Part shown: positions 27,102 to 37,556 of the stretch, in pieces | Numbering within the stretch: position 1 is the first letter of the stretch | Layout of the letters: the number at the start of each line of letters is the position of its first letter | The notes under the pieces: generated by a model | What the model was told of the DNA's origin: nothing | What the model saw: only the letters and a program-made list of their open reading frames with translations | Database searches by the model: none | Virus record (IMG/VR): IMGVR_UViG_3300011113_000105 | Span: 1-59,655 of that record | Source: a virus | Taxonomy: Duplodnaviria; Caudoviricetes | Direction: 5' to 3' (one strand) | DNA: 59,655 bases | Program-made: the position numbers and the translations under genes

Positions 27102-29789
27102 TTAACCTTCGTCAGATTGCCCACCAAGCGTACCGAGATACTGGAGTTGTGGCAACACTGGGGCCAGCGTCTGCTCGTAGAGTTCCTTTTGATACGCCGC
27201 AAGGCTCGGGTACTCTTTCTTAAGTTTGGCACCGGTGTACGGATCGTTCCACGCCTTGAGCGCCTGTTGCTGAGACTGCCGTGCAATTGCACCCTTGACT
27301 TGATAAAGCGTGCGCTCCAATCCTGTATTGCCCGCCCTTGCGCGATCTGCTGCAATGCGCTCACGCGCTCTGTTAGCCCGGATTTGTTCGTCAAGCGTTC
27401 TGCGCTGAATGTCAGCCTGCTCTGCCGCCTTGATGAGCCCAAGCGCCGTTTGCTTGTCGCCACGACCGGCCGCAACCTTGGACTGGAGCATCGCCACCTG
27501 CATCTGCTTGCCAAGTCGGTCGTATTCACGAACCATTTTGTCAGTGTCTCTGACCGACTCAGTGATGGCCGGAGCCGCAGCACCAGCAGCGCGAAGTGCA
27601 CCAAAAACACCTTTTCCTGCTCCAACCTGTGAAGCAGCTTTGGCCATTTCAAATCCAAATGCAGAAAGTGCGTTGCGCGTTCTGCTCTCGCCGATTTCCT
27701 TGGACTTGGCCTTGATGTCGTCGATCTGCTCCTGCATCGCCTTGTACAGCGGGGCGTCTTCTTCCTTAAAGAAGTTCAAATACCTTCTAGCTTTGGCGAT
27801 TTCGTCTTCAGGGCTGCTACCAGTTACCTGCGCCATAGCAGTACCGACCGTCGTTGCGGGGTCTGCCTTTTTACCGCCTTTGGGCGCAGCAGGAGCAGGA
27901 ACGGGCGGGCCACCACGTGACGGAACTTTGGCAAGCGCAGCCGCCGCTTCTTTTGCATCAAATTTTTGATACGCAGCGGGAGAACCGCGACCAGACCCAG
28001 TACCAGTAGTAGCCGTGTAGTAGGGATCGGCCTTGAATTTAGCCATCAACTCAGGGTCATTACGCAGCCGTTCTTCATTCGCAGCCGCCCAGTCACGCGC
28101 AACTTTTGCCTTGCGGTATTCCTCCTCGTCACCAAACATGTACGAAAGAGGTCCGGTCTTGCTGCGGATAGGCGCAACTGTTTTTTCGTATTCGACGCCT
28201 GAAGACGGGCGAAGTTTGCCTTTGATGTAGTCAAACACACTAGAGATGTCTTTGCGAAGCGCGGAACCGCCACCGCCGCCTTCATCAATTGCCTCTTCGT
28301 CTGTTACCAAACTCCGGTTATTTTCTTCAGTAGGCTCCGCGAACGACACGATGCCGCCACGCCGCATGCTCTCCTCGGAGGGCAACATCTCCTCCATGTT
28401 TTGAGGCGCAACGCTGGCAAGCCCACGAGAATAGGACGCGGCCTCTGCGCGCTCGCGCAGTTCATCTTGCAGCATCTCGGCCTGCTTCACATCACGGCGG
28501 TCGAGTGCGTTCTTCAGAGCCTGCTGGAGTTGCGCGTTGCTCAGGCGCTTGATCGCGCCTTCGACGTAGTTGTCGCTCGTAACATCTCCACCGTAGGCCA
28601 TGCCCACAGCGCCGCCGTCGGCGTACGAACTGACCGTGCCGCCTTCCTTCTTCATCAGACCGTACGCACCGAGGCCCAGACCAGCCAACGTGCCCAGCGT
28701 GCTGGGCGGCTGCTGATACACAGTCGCACCAGTTTGCATCAGTGGCACGCCACGGATGATGTCGGACATGAAGCCCAACTGCTTGTATGGGTAGTTCTGG
28801 AAGTTGAGGAAGTCCTGATACTGCGCGTTGTAGACGTCCTGTGCACGCTGCTGTTGCTGCTGGCCGTACTGTTGTTGCAGTTGGTTAATCGCCAAGTTCT
28901 GCCCAAACTGCGTCTGCCCTAATCCGCCAAGCTGTTGCGCGGCTTGCAAACCGGTTTGCAACCCCTGAAGGCCCAGACCCGCGCCGTACTGACGTGACTG
29001 CTCGCCCAACTGAGCGGCGGCTTGGTTGTATTGCGCACCGAGACCAGCCTGCTGCATCAACTGACCGTAGCCAAACTGACGCGACTGCTCCGCAGCCTGC
29101 TGCGCCTGCATCCGAGCCTGCTGATTGGCAAGCTGCGCTTGCATCCGTGCCTGCTGTTCGGTGTTGAATTGCTGCGCCGCTTGTTGAAACGCGCCCTGCA
29201 ATCCACGAGACTGGATGTCACCCATCTGCGTGGCGAGGTTGCGCTGCGCTTCGGCATTCTCAATAGCCTGACGCGCACCACCAAACGCACCGGCACGGGC
29301 AAACTGCTGACCGCGCCGAGTACCAGCAATGTCCGCCATGCGCTGAGCTTCACGCTTCTCGATGTCCACCACGTTCTGCATGTAGGGAGACATGTACTGA
29401 CCGAGTGTTCCTTCGCCAGTCAACGATTGCGTGCCAACGCCATAAGCAGTAAAGCCCGTGGGGCGATAGGTATCTACTGGTTTGTAAAAGTTGGCAAACT
29501 GCGACGGCGCGTATTGGTCATAAGCAAGTGCCCGCAACCCAGCGGTTCCTGCCATAGCTGAAGCGTCTGTCAACTGAGGCGCGGCTTCCATCGCCTGAGC
29601 ACCAGCAAACGCCTGCTGTTGCAGCGGGGTGAACTGCGCGAAGCGTTCACCCATGTACTGCTGATACGGGAACTTGGAAAAGTCCGTCAGCGCCTGAGCG
29701 CGACCCAACAGGTCTTGAGCGTACGGTGCAACCTCTGGCGCAAAGCCGACTTGCTGCTGTTGAATCTGGGTCGGAATGAGATCAGCCAT
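27102..29789 (-). CDS. Internal virion / DNA ejection protein
   Basis: Q/A/G-rich; YMSPYMQNVV, GAFGGAR, YQDF..Q.YP.QL; short hydrophobic Gly segment; position in late arm. Confidence 0.7.
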   Translation of the reverse strand: MADLIPTQIQQQQVGFAPEVAPYAQDLLGRAQALTDFSKFPYQQYMGERFAQFTPLQQQAFAGAQAMEAAPQLTDASAMAGTAGLRALAYDQYAPSQFANFYKPVDTYRPTGFTAYGVGTQSLTGEGTLGQYMSPYMQNVVDIEKREAQRMADIAGTRRGQQFARAGAFGGARQAIENAEAQRNLATQMGDIQSRGLQGAFQQAAQQFNTEQQARMQAQLANQQARMQAQQAAEQSRQFGYGQLMQQAGLGAQYNQAAAQLGEQSRQYGAGLGLQGLQTGLQAAQQLGGLGQTQFGQNLAINQLQQQYGQQQQQRAQDVYNAQYQDFLNFQNYPYKQLGFMSDIIRGVPLMQTGATVYQQPPSTLGTLAGLGLGAYGLMKKEGGTVSSYADGGAVGMAYGGDVTSDNYVEGAIKRLSNAQLQQALKNALDRRDVKQAEMLQDELRERAEAASYSRGLASVAPQNMEEMLPSEESMRRGGIVSFAEPTEENNRSLVTDEEAIDEGGGGGSALRKDISSVFDYIKGKLRPSSGVEYEKTVAPIRSKTGPLSYMFGDEEEYRKAKVARDWAAANEERLRNDPELMAKFKADPYYTATTGTGSGRGSPAAYQKFDAKEAAAALAKVPSRGGPPVPAPAAPKGGKKADPATTVGTAMAQVTGSSPEDEIAKARRYLNFFKEEDAPLYKAMQEQIDDIKAKSKEIGESRTRNALSAFGFEMAKAASQVGAGKGVFGALRAAGAAAPAITESVRDTDKMVREYDRLGKQMQVAMLQSKVAAGRGDKQTALGLIKAAEQADIQRRTLDEQIRANRARERIAADRARAGNTGLERTLYQVKGAIARQSQQQALKAWNDPYTGAKLKKEYPSLAAYQKELYEQTLAPVLPQLQYLGTLGGQSDEG

Positions 29790-29798
29790 GATCGGTCC

Positions 29799-32459
29799 TT
29801 ATGCCGGGAGGTACTTGTCGGCACGGGTGTTCTTGGCCACCTTGCCTTTGCCCATACTCTTGGAGCGAGCGCGCTGCACTCGATCCATCATCGCATACAG
29901 TTTGCGCGCACCAGCTTCGGTTGAACCATTACCCAGTTCAGACACGATGCGGGCGGGCACCACGAACTCGCCATCAGCCAGCCGAGCAGGGCGCTTGCCG
30001 CCGATCGTTGCGGGGATCGAATCCGACACACCATCGCCAGGGCCGCGCAACAGCCGGCCACCATCGGAGTAGCTGCCGAGGTCAAACTGGCCACCACCCG
30101 CAGCGCCGCCGAGAACCGCGAGCGAAGACAAACCGCCACGAGCCATGCGCGGAATATCCTGCGCCATGCCCCCAGAGGCTCCGCCACCACCCTCGTAAGT
30201 AGCGGGCTTGGCCACCAATTCTTCGTAGTACCCCTTGCGCTTCTCAGTGGGCTTGCTACCAAACTCTCTGTAATGAAACTGGACGTACTCTTCCGGCGTC
30301 ATTGTCTTGGCTTGAGGATCAGTCTCGTACGCCTTCTGTACATCAGGGTTGGCGTCAAAATAGAACGCAGCCAGATCAGGATACTGCTTGCCACTGGGGT
30401 CTTTGACGGACGGCACTTCCTTGGGTACGCCCTTGGAAACCGCGTCTTGATTGCCAGTCAAATTAACAGGCTTGAGGTCTTGATAGGTGCTGGGGATGCC
30501 CATGACTTCACGGTACGAACGCATGATCGGCCCACCGCCAGGAACATACGGCTTGATTGGAGCCGGGCCACGACCCATCAAATAATCGTAAATGCCCTGC
30601 ATGCCGGGAGACATGTCAGTAAAACGGAACTCGTTGTACGCAGCGCGCGCCTGCATCTCAGGAATGCCACGACTGTTGGCGAACGCGACAACATCCCGAT
30701 ACATCGCGTTCGGGTTGCTCTTCAGATAGTCACGAATCAGTCCAACCGCTTGGCCCTGTGAATACATCCGATCAGTCGGACGAATATCCGTGATAGTGGG
30801 CATGCGCGTAGCGCCGCCGCCTTGCTCGTACGCAGTCCGCACTTCATTCATCGTCTGCGCTTTGGGCTGGAACGGGGTTCCAATCGTCACATCAGGTTGA
30901 GGCGCAACGTACGGGGGGATGACTGTGTCACCGCCAAAAGTCACATCGGCAGGCGTACTGACCGGAGGCGTAGGCGCTTTTACACCGATGTCCCGAGAAA
31001 TCTGTCTAATTTGGGCTTCAATCTCGGGAAGAGACAAACCAGCACCACCGGCTTGTTTCGGCTTTAGCTGGTTCATCCAATAGTTCAGACCTTCCTGCTC
31101 CACATCCCGGTTCAGGATGTTCCGGTAAAGCTGGTTGATCTGCTGTGCTTGCGGGCTTGTGATTGCCGCATCAGCGTAGCTGTAGCCCGCTGGGGCAGTA
31201 CCGGAGATGATGGCGGCTTTGCTTACATCCACCGGCTCGGCGCTGAAGTTGTACCCGGCAGTGCTCAGGTTCAACGGAGCGGGTTGCGCTACGGCACGAG
31301 CAGCATCGATCTGCTTGGCCAGCATGGGATTGGCAGCACGCACATCCTGCACAACTTGATTGAAATTGCCCAATCCTGAAGTCATCCAATGTTTGATGGC
31401 TTCATCATTTGGGTTCAACTCAGCGAGCGGATTGGCCTTGTACGCAGCCAAAACTTCTTCTCGTGTAGCTTTAGGTGGAGGGGTTCCCCCGTTGGCCATA
31501 CGCACCACGGGTTCGCTTCGCTGAGCAAACGCAAAGTCTTCGTCGTAGGGTGTACCGCCGTCAGCCAAGTGACTCATCAAGCCGCCACCGGCTGCACCGG
31601 GAGGGGGACCGCCGTACAAACTAGCAAACCCACCGCGCTCAACAAACTGTTCAGGCGTATACGAGCCAGCGCGTCGAAGATTGCCGTACTCATCGATTTC
31701 GTACGGGGTAACGCGTGCAGTGGGTGACGTCATCTGAGTGACAGTCTTCGGCATTCTGGACTGCATGTCTTGCGCAGCGGCTATCGGCCCAGCGATACCG
31801 GAAGCTGTTTGGATCGCGCCTTTTGCGCCTCCAAGGGCATCCATAAACGCAGTACGGCCAGCTTCACCTTTTAGGCTTTGAAGCCCAGCCATAGCACGAT
31901 CACTGAAACTGCCGCCAAGACTGCTTCTTGCCGCGTCAGTAGTAGCTTTTTCAATGGCCTCTCGCTGAAGCTGTTTCAAAACTACATCTTTATCCGCGCC
32001 CGTTTCAAGCATTAAACGAGCAACGTCGCCTTCAGCAATAGCCGGAATGCTTGCTCTAGCGCCTTCCACCGCCGCCGAGGTACCCGCACTTGCCAAAGCA
32101 CCAGCGAGATTAGAACCGCCATAAGCACCGAAGCCCGCCATCAGGCCCTTGCCCAAGTCCCCGGTACGCAGAGCTTCAAAGCCGCCAACCGCCAGACCCG
32201 CGCCCAAAGGAGTGCCGAGGAACGCTAGAGAAGTGCCCGCAGTGAGGGGGGCAAGTGCTGCGCCAATAATCGTCGGCAGCAACGCTTTAAGGAAATTTGC
32301 TTCCGGCAGACCCGTCTCAGGGTTGATGGTCAACTCACCACCATTCGCCACTGCCAATTCTTGCAGTCCCCGTACTTCACCGGGCGTCATGTGCACAAGT
32401 ACGGAATCACCGTCACGCCCTTTACTGGCGAGGTGTTGTGCTGCGAGTTGCAGGCTCAT
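29799..32459 (-). CDS. Internal virion / ejection protein with tape-measure-like C-terminal domain
   Basis: N-terminal GRDGDSVLVHMTPGE..LTINPETGLPEA; hydrophobic Gly segments; C-terminal GG..RGPGDGVSDSIPA...LADGEFVVPA. Confidence 0.7.
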   Translation of the reverse strand: MSLQLAAQHLASKGRDGDSVLVHMTPGEVRGLQELAVANGGELTINPETGLPEANFLKALLPTIIGAALAPLTAGTSLAFLGTPLGAGLAVGGFEALRTGDLGKGLMAGFGAYGGSNLAGALASAGTSAAVEGARASIPAIAEGDVARLMLETGADKDVVLKQLQREAIEKATTDAARSSLGGSFSDRAMAGLQSLKGEAGRTAFMDALGGAKGAIQTASGIAGPIAAAQDMQSRMPKTVTQMTSPTARVTPYEIDEYGNLRRAGSYTPEQFVERGGFASLYGGPPPGAAGGGLMSHLADGGTPYDEDFAFAQRSEPVVRMANGGTPPPKATREEVLAAYKANPLAELNPNDEAIKHWMTSGLGNFNQVVQDVRAANPMLAKQIDAARAVAQPAPLNLSTAGYNFSAEPVDVSKAAIISGTAPAGYSYADAAITSPQAQQINQLYRNILNRDVEQEGLNYWMNQLKPKQAGGAGLSLPEIEAQIRQISRDIGVKAPTPPVSTPADVTFGGDTVIPPYVAPQPDVTIGTPFQPKAQTMNEVRTAYEQGGGATRMPTITDIRPTDRMYSQGQAVGLIRDYLKSNPNAMYRDVVAFANSRGIPEMQARAAYNEFRFTDMSPGMQGIYDYLMGRGPAPIKPYVPGGGPIMRSYREVMGIPSTYQDLKPVNLTGNQDAVSKGVPKEVPSVKDPSGKQYPDLAAFYFDANPDVQKAYETDPQAKTMTPEEYVQFHYREFGSKPTEKRKGYYEELVAKPATYEGGGGASGGMAQDIPRMARGGLSSLAVLGGAAGGGQFDLGSYSDGGRLLRGPGDGVSDSIPATIGGKRPARLADGEFVVPARIVSELGNGSTEAGARKLYAMMDRVQRARSKSMGKGKVAKNTRADKYLPA

Positions 32460-32489
32460 GTGGCCCCCTTGAAAATGGTTAAATTCATT

Positions 32490-33866
32490 TTATCGACTGA
32501 TCTCTTCCCAGTCCAACGATCCCAACACCTGATTCCCGTTTGTTGCCGCCGTGCAAGCAAGAGTCAGTTCATAGGCTGTGGCTGTAAATGGGTCACGCTC
32601 CAGTTGACTGGCAAACAGTGCTTCTTTAAGGATGTCAACACTGTTGGAGCCTTGATTGGAGCCTTGGAAGAAGCCTGTTGCCAGGATGCGCCCGGTGCCC
32701 ACGGTAAACGCCGTTCCGGTAATGTTGTACTCCACCGCCGAGTTCGTCCCGGCGCTTACCCAGGTGCCGCCCGTTGTAGTGCCAGACGCCACAACTTCCC
32801 ACTTGTAGTTGGCGTTGTTGGTGATGCCAAGGATGGAGATTGCGGTCAGGATGACGATGGCATCAAGCCGGGTGCTCTTCAGTCTGATCGAGACAATGGG
32901 GTAAAAAGTCCCGGCAGTGGTCAAAGTTGTCGGGGATGTGATCGTGTTACCGGCAGTCAACTGGGCACCACGCAACTCATAACCACCCTCGGAGATAACC
33001 GTGGAGCAGACCTGCTTGAGCGTGCTTGCACTGGCCGTGGCGGCAGTGTTGGTCATCTCGTACCGCAGGGGCAAAGACGCCGTGGTGATGTAGGTCGTGG
33101 TAACGAGGTTGGCGTGGTTGAAGTTGTGCGCCGGGACAAACACCCCGTCGATGATGAACCCCATCCGGCAAGTTCCCAAGCCCAACCACTCAATGTCCAT
33201 GTACAGAATCTGCGCCTTGGATGCGTCAAGCGTGATGCCTGACGGGCCGGTTCCGTTTAGAGGATCTTGGTTCCAATCTGCCTGAGCCACGCGGGTGTTT
33301 ACAACGCTACCCGTCACGCTGCTGCGCTCAACGAAGTACAGATCCGACCCCTCGCGCTCAAAGTAAAGACCGTTGGCCGCACCGTAATAGCCCACCCGCT
33401 GACGCAGATTGGCCTTTGCTGTTCCAAGCACAAAGGTGCTCATCACCAACAGGCTCTTGCCCGGTTGGTACGAAAACACCTTGATGGTTTCGCGGATGAT
33501 CTGGTCGCCGTTGGCAGTGCCCACAGTCAGGTTGACCAATCCCTCATTTGCATTGAATGTGGCGGCAGCAGTGCCGGTGATGCTGTTGGCCCACAGGTTG
33601 TTGTCGGCGTATCGGTGCGACGAATCAAACAGCGTCAGCGGATTACTGACCCGCATGCGCCCGAAGGCGTCTACATTGGTGCCGCCGATAGAGACTGGGA
33701 TTGGGGATTCTGTAGCCACAATGCGCCTCAGTATGGCGTCAAGCCGGTTGAAGTACAGACGCAGGACGTTGTTGAACTGCTCGTGATAGCGAGACTCATA
33801 GTCCCGTGGGGCCAGAGGCAGGTTGGGTGGCGCAGGGACAATTGCATCTTCAATAAGGAGCGCCAT
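32490..33866 (-). CDS. Tail-associated structural protein
   Basis: N-terminal PNLPLAP..Y...LRLYFN.LD followed by DAFGRMRVSNP..LFDS beta-rich domain. Confidence 0.65.
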   Translation of the reverse strand: MALLIEDAIVPAPPNLPLAPRDYESRYHEQFNNVLRLYFNRLDAILRRIVATESPIPVSIGGTNVDAFGRMRVSNPLTLFDSSHRYADNNLWANSITGTAAATFNANEGLVNLTVGTANGDQIIRETIKVFSYQPGKSLLVMSTFVLGTAKANLRQRVGYYGAANGLYFEREGSDLYFVERSSVTGSVVNTRVAQADWNQDPLNGTGPSGITLDASKAQILYMDIEWLGLGTCRMGFIIDGVFVPAHNFNHANLVTTTYITTASLPLRYEMTNTAATASASTLKQVCSTVISEGGYELRGAQLTAGNTITSPTTLTTAGTFYPIVSIRLKSTRLDAIVILTAISILGITNNANYKWEVVASGTTTGGTWVSAGTNSAVEYNITGTAFTVGTGRILATGFFQGSNQGSNSVDILKEALFASQLERDPFTATAYELTLACTAATNGNQVLGSLDWEEISR

Positions 33867-35702
33867 TTAGCGTCTCCCATCAGGACGGATGTCAATACGC
33901 GGCGCGCCTAGCTGCCATGCCGTACCGAGTTGGTTGGAGTCGATCTTGAAGATCATCTGCCGCCCACGCACGCGGGTGTAGATTTGCCCGGTGAATTCCT
34001 CGGTGATGACGTACGTGCTGCCTTTTACGACCGACTGCCCTGCGTTGTCGATGCTGCCTGAGCCTGAGTTGTACAGCCCATAGAGCGTCATGTTGACTGT
34101 GGGCGTGTTGGCCGTTGAATTTTCAAACGTCAGATCAGGCAGTATGCGCCACACGAACCCGAAGTTGTGCCCGTCACCAATGTCAAACTCGGACGACGAG
34201 ATGTAGGCGTTGATGGCCGCAGGCGTACCTGTTTCGTTATTGTCCAACCCCGACTCGTGATCAACGAGGTTGTAGTTGTAGGTTGCAGCCAACGGGTAGT
34301 CGCGCAAGCCTGAATCCAGCCACGCCGTCCTGGCCATCGTGCCGTAGTACCAAATCTTCTCCAGGTAGTTATAGACCACGTACTTATCGACGGTCGTGGA
34401 GTTAGCCGAGCAGTAGAACCACCAGACTTCGTTGAAGCCTTCGTTCGTACCGGCGTACACCTGCTGCGCCTGAGCCTGATTGAAGTCGCCAAATACATAC
34501 CGGCGCAGGTCACAGGGGAGCGTCTGCACCCGACCGTCGTAGGCGTAAAACTTGTCCACGCCCATCCAGTACACGATGCCCGAAGCAATCGCCGCAGCGT
34601 TCTGCCCCACGATGGAGATGTTGTCGCCCAGAAGCTGAGCGCCCCAGAAGATCGGCGCATCCAGATACTGAAGCGAATACAGCGACGAGTCAGTGAACAC
34701 CACAATTTCCTGACGCGCTTGAATGGCGGTGACAATCTCCGAGCCGTGCGACAGACGCAAACTACCAGCTTGGTTGGTTGCTGAAGGTGTCCAGTTAACA
34801 GCGTCTTCTTGATCCGACCAGCGAATCAACATGGGATCAATAACCGCCGATCCGTAGTCGTTGCACCCCATCGCAAAAACGAATCGGTTGATGTCGGACA
34901 CAAAAATGCTGTTCTGGATGGTCGGCACATCCGAAGCCCCGGACAACGAAGAAAGGGCCACGCCCCGTACGTTTAGCCCAGTCGTCGCATCCCAGTAGTA
35001 CATGCCTCCCTTGCGCGGGCCGAAGATCAAATCTTCGCCAAAGTTGGACTGGCTCCACAAGCGTAGACTGGTCTGCGTCGTACTCGGCGTGCCCACACTC
35101 CACGCTCCAGTGCCCCAAGTCCCAGCGCCCCAACCCGTCAAAGGCACCACTGTTTCGGGGCCGACGTTGATCTGGAACGCGGCAGAGACTGCTGAGCCCC
35201 CTGTAGCGCCTGCCGCCACAACCGAAGGTGTGGTGATCGTGAATGTGTTGGTGGTGAGCACCGTAATTTGGAACTCGGCGTTTAGCACCGAAGCGTAGGT
35301 GCCCGTGACCCCACTGAAGGTAACGAAGTCCCCAGTGATAGCGCCGTGCGATGCCGCCGTGACCGTCACCGTAGTGGTGCCGTTGCCGGTAAACGGGTCG
35401 GTGCCTAGCGTGACCGTAGTGCGAATCGGCGTGATGTCGTTATAGGCTCCGCCGTTTTCAATATAGAACTTCAGGTGCGTACCGACGCCAACAAGGTTTT
35501 GGCTGGTCAGCGTCACCCAGTTCCATAGGGATCGGCAGACGCCAAGGAAAGTGTTGCTGGAGATGCGCTGCCAGCCGCCAATGACCTCGGGGTTGCCCTG
35601 GCGAAAGCGAACCTTGTCGCACTCGTACCAACCGCCTTCGGTGGTGTACCGCGTGTTTTCGCGGTTGACTCCGGGCTTGAAGAGTATTTTTTGCAACGGC
35701 AT
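33867..35702 (-). CDS. Tail tubular B / nozzle protein (P22 gp10-like)
   Basis: KPGVNRE.T.Y..EGGW...DKVRFR.G.PE.IGGW; IRWSDQE; FY.YDG.V..LPC; R.RGRQ; ends PDGRR. Confidence 0.75.
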   Translation of the reverse strand: MPLQKILFKPGVNRENTRYTTEGGWYECDKVRFRQGNPEVIGGWQRISSNTFLGVCRSLWNWVTLTSQNLVGVGTHLKFYIENGGAYNDITPIRTTVTLGTDPFTGNGTTTVTVTAASHGAITGDFVTFSGVTGTYASVLNAEFQITVLTTNTFTITTPSVVAAGATGGSAVSAAFQINVGPETVVPLTGWGAGTWGTGAWSVGTPSTTQTSLRLWSQSNFGEDLIFGPRKGGMYYWDATTGLNVRGVALSSLSGASDVPTIQNSIFVSDINRFVFAMGCNDYGSAVIDPMLIRWSDQEDAVNWTPSATNQAGSLRLSHGSEIVTAIQARQEIVVFTDSSLYSLQYLDAPIFWGAQLLGDNISIVGQNAAAIASGIVYWMGVDKFYAYDGRVQTLPCDLRRYVFGDFNQAQAQQVYAGTNEGFNEVWWFYCSANSTTVDKYVVYNYLEKIWYYGTMARTAWLDSGLRDYPLAATYNYNLVDHESGLDNNETGTPAAINAYISSSEFDIGDGHNFGFVWRILPDLTFENSTANTPTVNMTLYGLYNSGSGSIDNAGQSVVKGSTYVITEEFTGQIYTRVRGRQMIFKIDSNQLGTAWQLGAPRIDIRPDGRR

Positions 35703-35705
35703 GGG

Positions 35706-36188
35706 CTAGTCCATCAAAGCGCATTCAGCTTGGCGGCGTTTAACCAAGCCGGGAAGTACCTTGCCGCCGCCTCGTGTCCAGAGCATCAACTGCTCCTTTG
35801 CCGCATCCCAGTCTTGGGCGTTGATTTTCCGCCGTAAGGTCGAGGTTTGCAAGCGCCCAACCCCGAGGTTATACGCGAAGTCCACGATGGCGTTGAATTT
35901 GGGCCAGTCGTTTTGGGTCATCGCCAGGGTCAGCAGTATTGGGCACTGCCGCACGACACCGGGAGCGTAGGTGTGGAGCAGTTCAAGTTTGAGCCACTCC
36001 TCTGCCACCTGCCGGGTGATGGGCGGGTCATCCATCGTGACCTTGCGCCCGTCCGGCCTGAACACCGTCCCGTACCCCTGCGTAGGAAATCCAGCGGGGC
36101 AGATATACGGGTAAACCAGACCATCCTGGCCTACCCGTGCAAGACCCTCAAACCGCTTGCAGAGTTCTTCTGCAATGCTGAAGTTCAT
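35706..36188 (-). CDS. Endolysin, GH24 phage lysozyme
   Basis: FEG...Y.CPAG.PT.GYG, A.VDFAYNLG.G.L..STL.RK.N, W..GGGKVLPGLVKRR.AE. Confidence 0.92.
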   Translation of the reverse strand: MNFSIAEELCKRFEGLARVGQDGLVYPYICPAGFPTQGYGTVFRPDGRKVTMDDPPITRQVAEEWLKLELLHTYAPGVVRQCPILLTLAMTQNDWPKFNAIVDFAYNLGVGRLQTSTLRRKINAQDWDAAKEQLMLWTRGGGKVLPGLVKRRQAECALMD

Positions 36189-36679
36189 AGCCCACGGGCC
36201 TTCAGCGTTCTATCGAGGAACCAATAGTTGATCGTCCCGCTGACAAGCGCCATGAAGTCTGCGGTCATCATGGTTTCAAAGACTTCCTTTGGCACGGCAC
36301 CATTCGTCCAGGCGTTCCAGGCGTACCAGAGATGCACAAACGACCACAGCAGGATCACCCAGTATGTGACCACCGGGCGGACAGAAGCGGACAGGGATGC
36401 CGCCCAACCGCCTGCGGCTTTTGCCATCTCGGCTTGTTGGTTGATAGCGGCGTTGAAGGCGTCCATCACTCCGGTGTCGATGGCCCGGTCGCGCTCGGCT
36501 CCAATCTCGGCCAGTTTCTGCTGCCCCCGCAGTTGCTCCAGTTCGCACTGGCGACTGAACATCGCCATCTCGTGTTGGCGCTCATTCTTCTTGTCGAAGA
36601 ACTTCAGGACTTCCGGGGCCAGACGGAAAAGGCCCCCAAGCAGGGAGCCAAAGATACCGCCGCTAAGTAGTTCAAGCAT
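36185..36679 (-). CDS. Holin-like membrane protein (3-TM GTA-release-holin-like)
   Basis: Hydrophobic N-terminus, SVRPVVTY, WF.DR; directly upstream of endolysin. Confidence 0.65.
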   Translation of the reverse strand: MLELLSGGIFGSLLGGLFRLAPEVLKFFDKKNERQHEMAMFSRQCELEQLRGQQKLAEIGAERDRAIDTGVMDAFNAAINQQAEMAKAAGGWAASLSASVRPVVTYWVILLWSFVHLWYAWNAWTNGAVPKEVFETMMTADFMALVSGTINYWFLDRTLKARGL

Positions 36680-36681
36680 GG

Positions 36682-37047
36682 TTACTCCCTTGCTGTGGTG
36701 ACCACATCATCACCCTTGGACACCGTTACTTTGTCCCCTTGCACTGTCACGCGCATGGGTTGCTCGGGCTTATCAAGCCGGTCGAGCTTTTCGATCAGGG
36801 TCTGAATGACCTTGAACTCGGGCTTCTCCTGCTTCTCGGCAGTCCCGGCAATGCCGTTCATCATGTTGATGAGGGCCACAAGCGCACCACCAATCATCGT
36901 CATCACGGCAGTGATGGCAGAGTCCGACAGGAAGTAGGAGGAACCAACCCCGATCAGTACGATCAGGGTGATGTAGAAAAGGCCAAATCTGCCGATGGAC
37001 TTACCGGCAACTTCCTTGGCTGTCTCGGCGGGCTTGATGTCTTCCAT
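36682..37047 (-). CDS. Two-TM membrane protein of the lysis cassette
   Basis: Two hydrophobic segments. Confidence 0.6.
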   Translation of the reverse strand: MEDIKPAETAKEVAGKSIGRFGLFYITLIVLIGVGSSYFLSDSAITAVMTMIGGALVALINMMNGIAGTAEKQEKPEFKVIQTLIEKLDRLDKPEQPMRVTVQGDKVTVSKGDDVVTTARE

Positions 37048-37322
37048 CACTTGCCTCCCTTAACCATCTTCTCGCGCTCTTCAAGCAAGCGCACTTTGAC
37101 CTGGAGTTCGTTGATGTGCGCCATCAACTGCTCCTTCTGTGCGGCTCGGCGCTCGGCGCTGATGGGGCTGTCCGTTGGGATGCCTTCCTTGGTGATCAGG
37201 GCAGGCATCTGCCCTTCGATCTTGGTCAGACGCTCAGAGAAGGACGCAACCTGCCCAAGCAGCCACGCAATCGCAGCCACCACGATGGGGATGATTGCCT
37301 TCAAAACATCTGACCATGCCAT
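37047..37322 (-). CDS. Single-TM plus coiled-coil protein of the lysis cassette
   Basis: AIIPIVVAAIAWLLG followed by a heptad-like helix. Confidence 0.6.
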   Translation of the reverse strand: MAWSDVLKAIIPIVVAAIAWLLGQVASFSERLTKIEGQMPALITKEGIPTDSPISAERRAAQKEQLMAHINELQVKVRLLEEREKMVKGGK

Positions 37323-37325
37323 GAT

Positions 37326-37556
37326 TTACTCCAGTATCACCACCGTGTCGGTGTCATCAAAGAACATCATCCGGCCATAGCAGGCGATGTTGTAGTCCTG
37401 CCCGTTGGCGTCCAGTTCAGTCCAAGACCGTACCTCAATCCGCACATGCTTGGCAAGGATTTCCCGCCCGTTCTCAAACACGCGCCAGACATGAAGCATG
37501 GAGCCACGACCCGGTTGTCCTCGTGACTTGTTGAACCGGATCGTGTACTTGTTCAC
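37326..37556 (-). CDS. Hypothetical protein
   Basis: IRFNKSRG.PGRG...HVWRVFE; GTGA-coupled. Confidence 0.65.
   Translation of the reverse strand: MNKYTIRFNKSRGQPGRGSMLHVWRVFENGREILAKHVRIEVRSWTELDANGQDYNIACYGRMMFFDDTDTVVILE

Noticed and set aside
32460-32495. Possible internal late promoter (GATAAAAT on the minus strand) before the ejection genes
   Set aside because: Only a -10-like hexamer overlapping a stop codon, with no convincing -35 or shared late motif; too weak to call.
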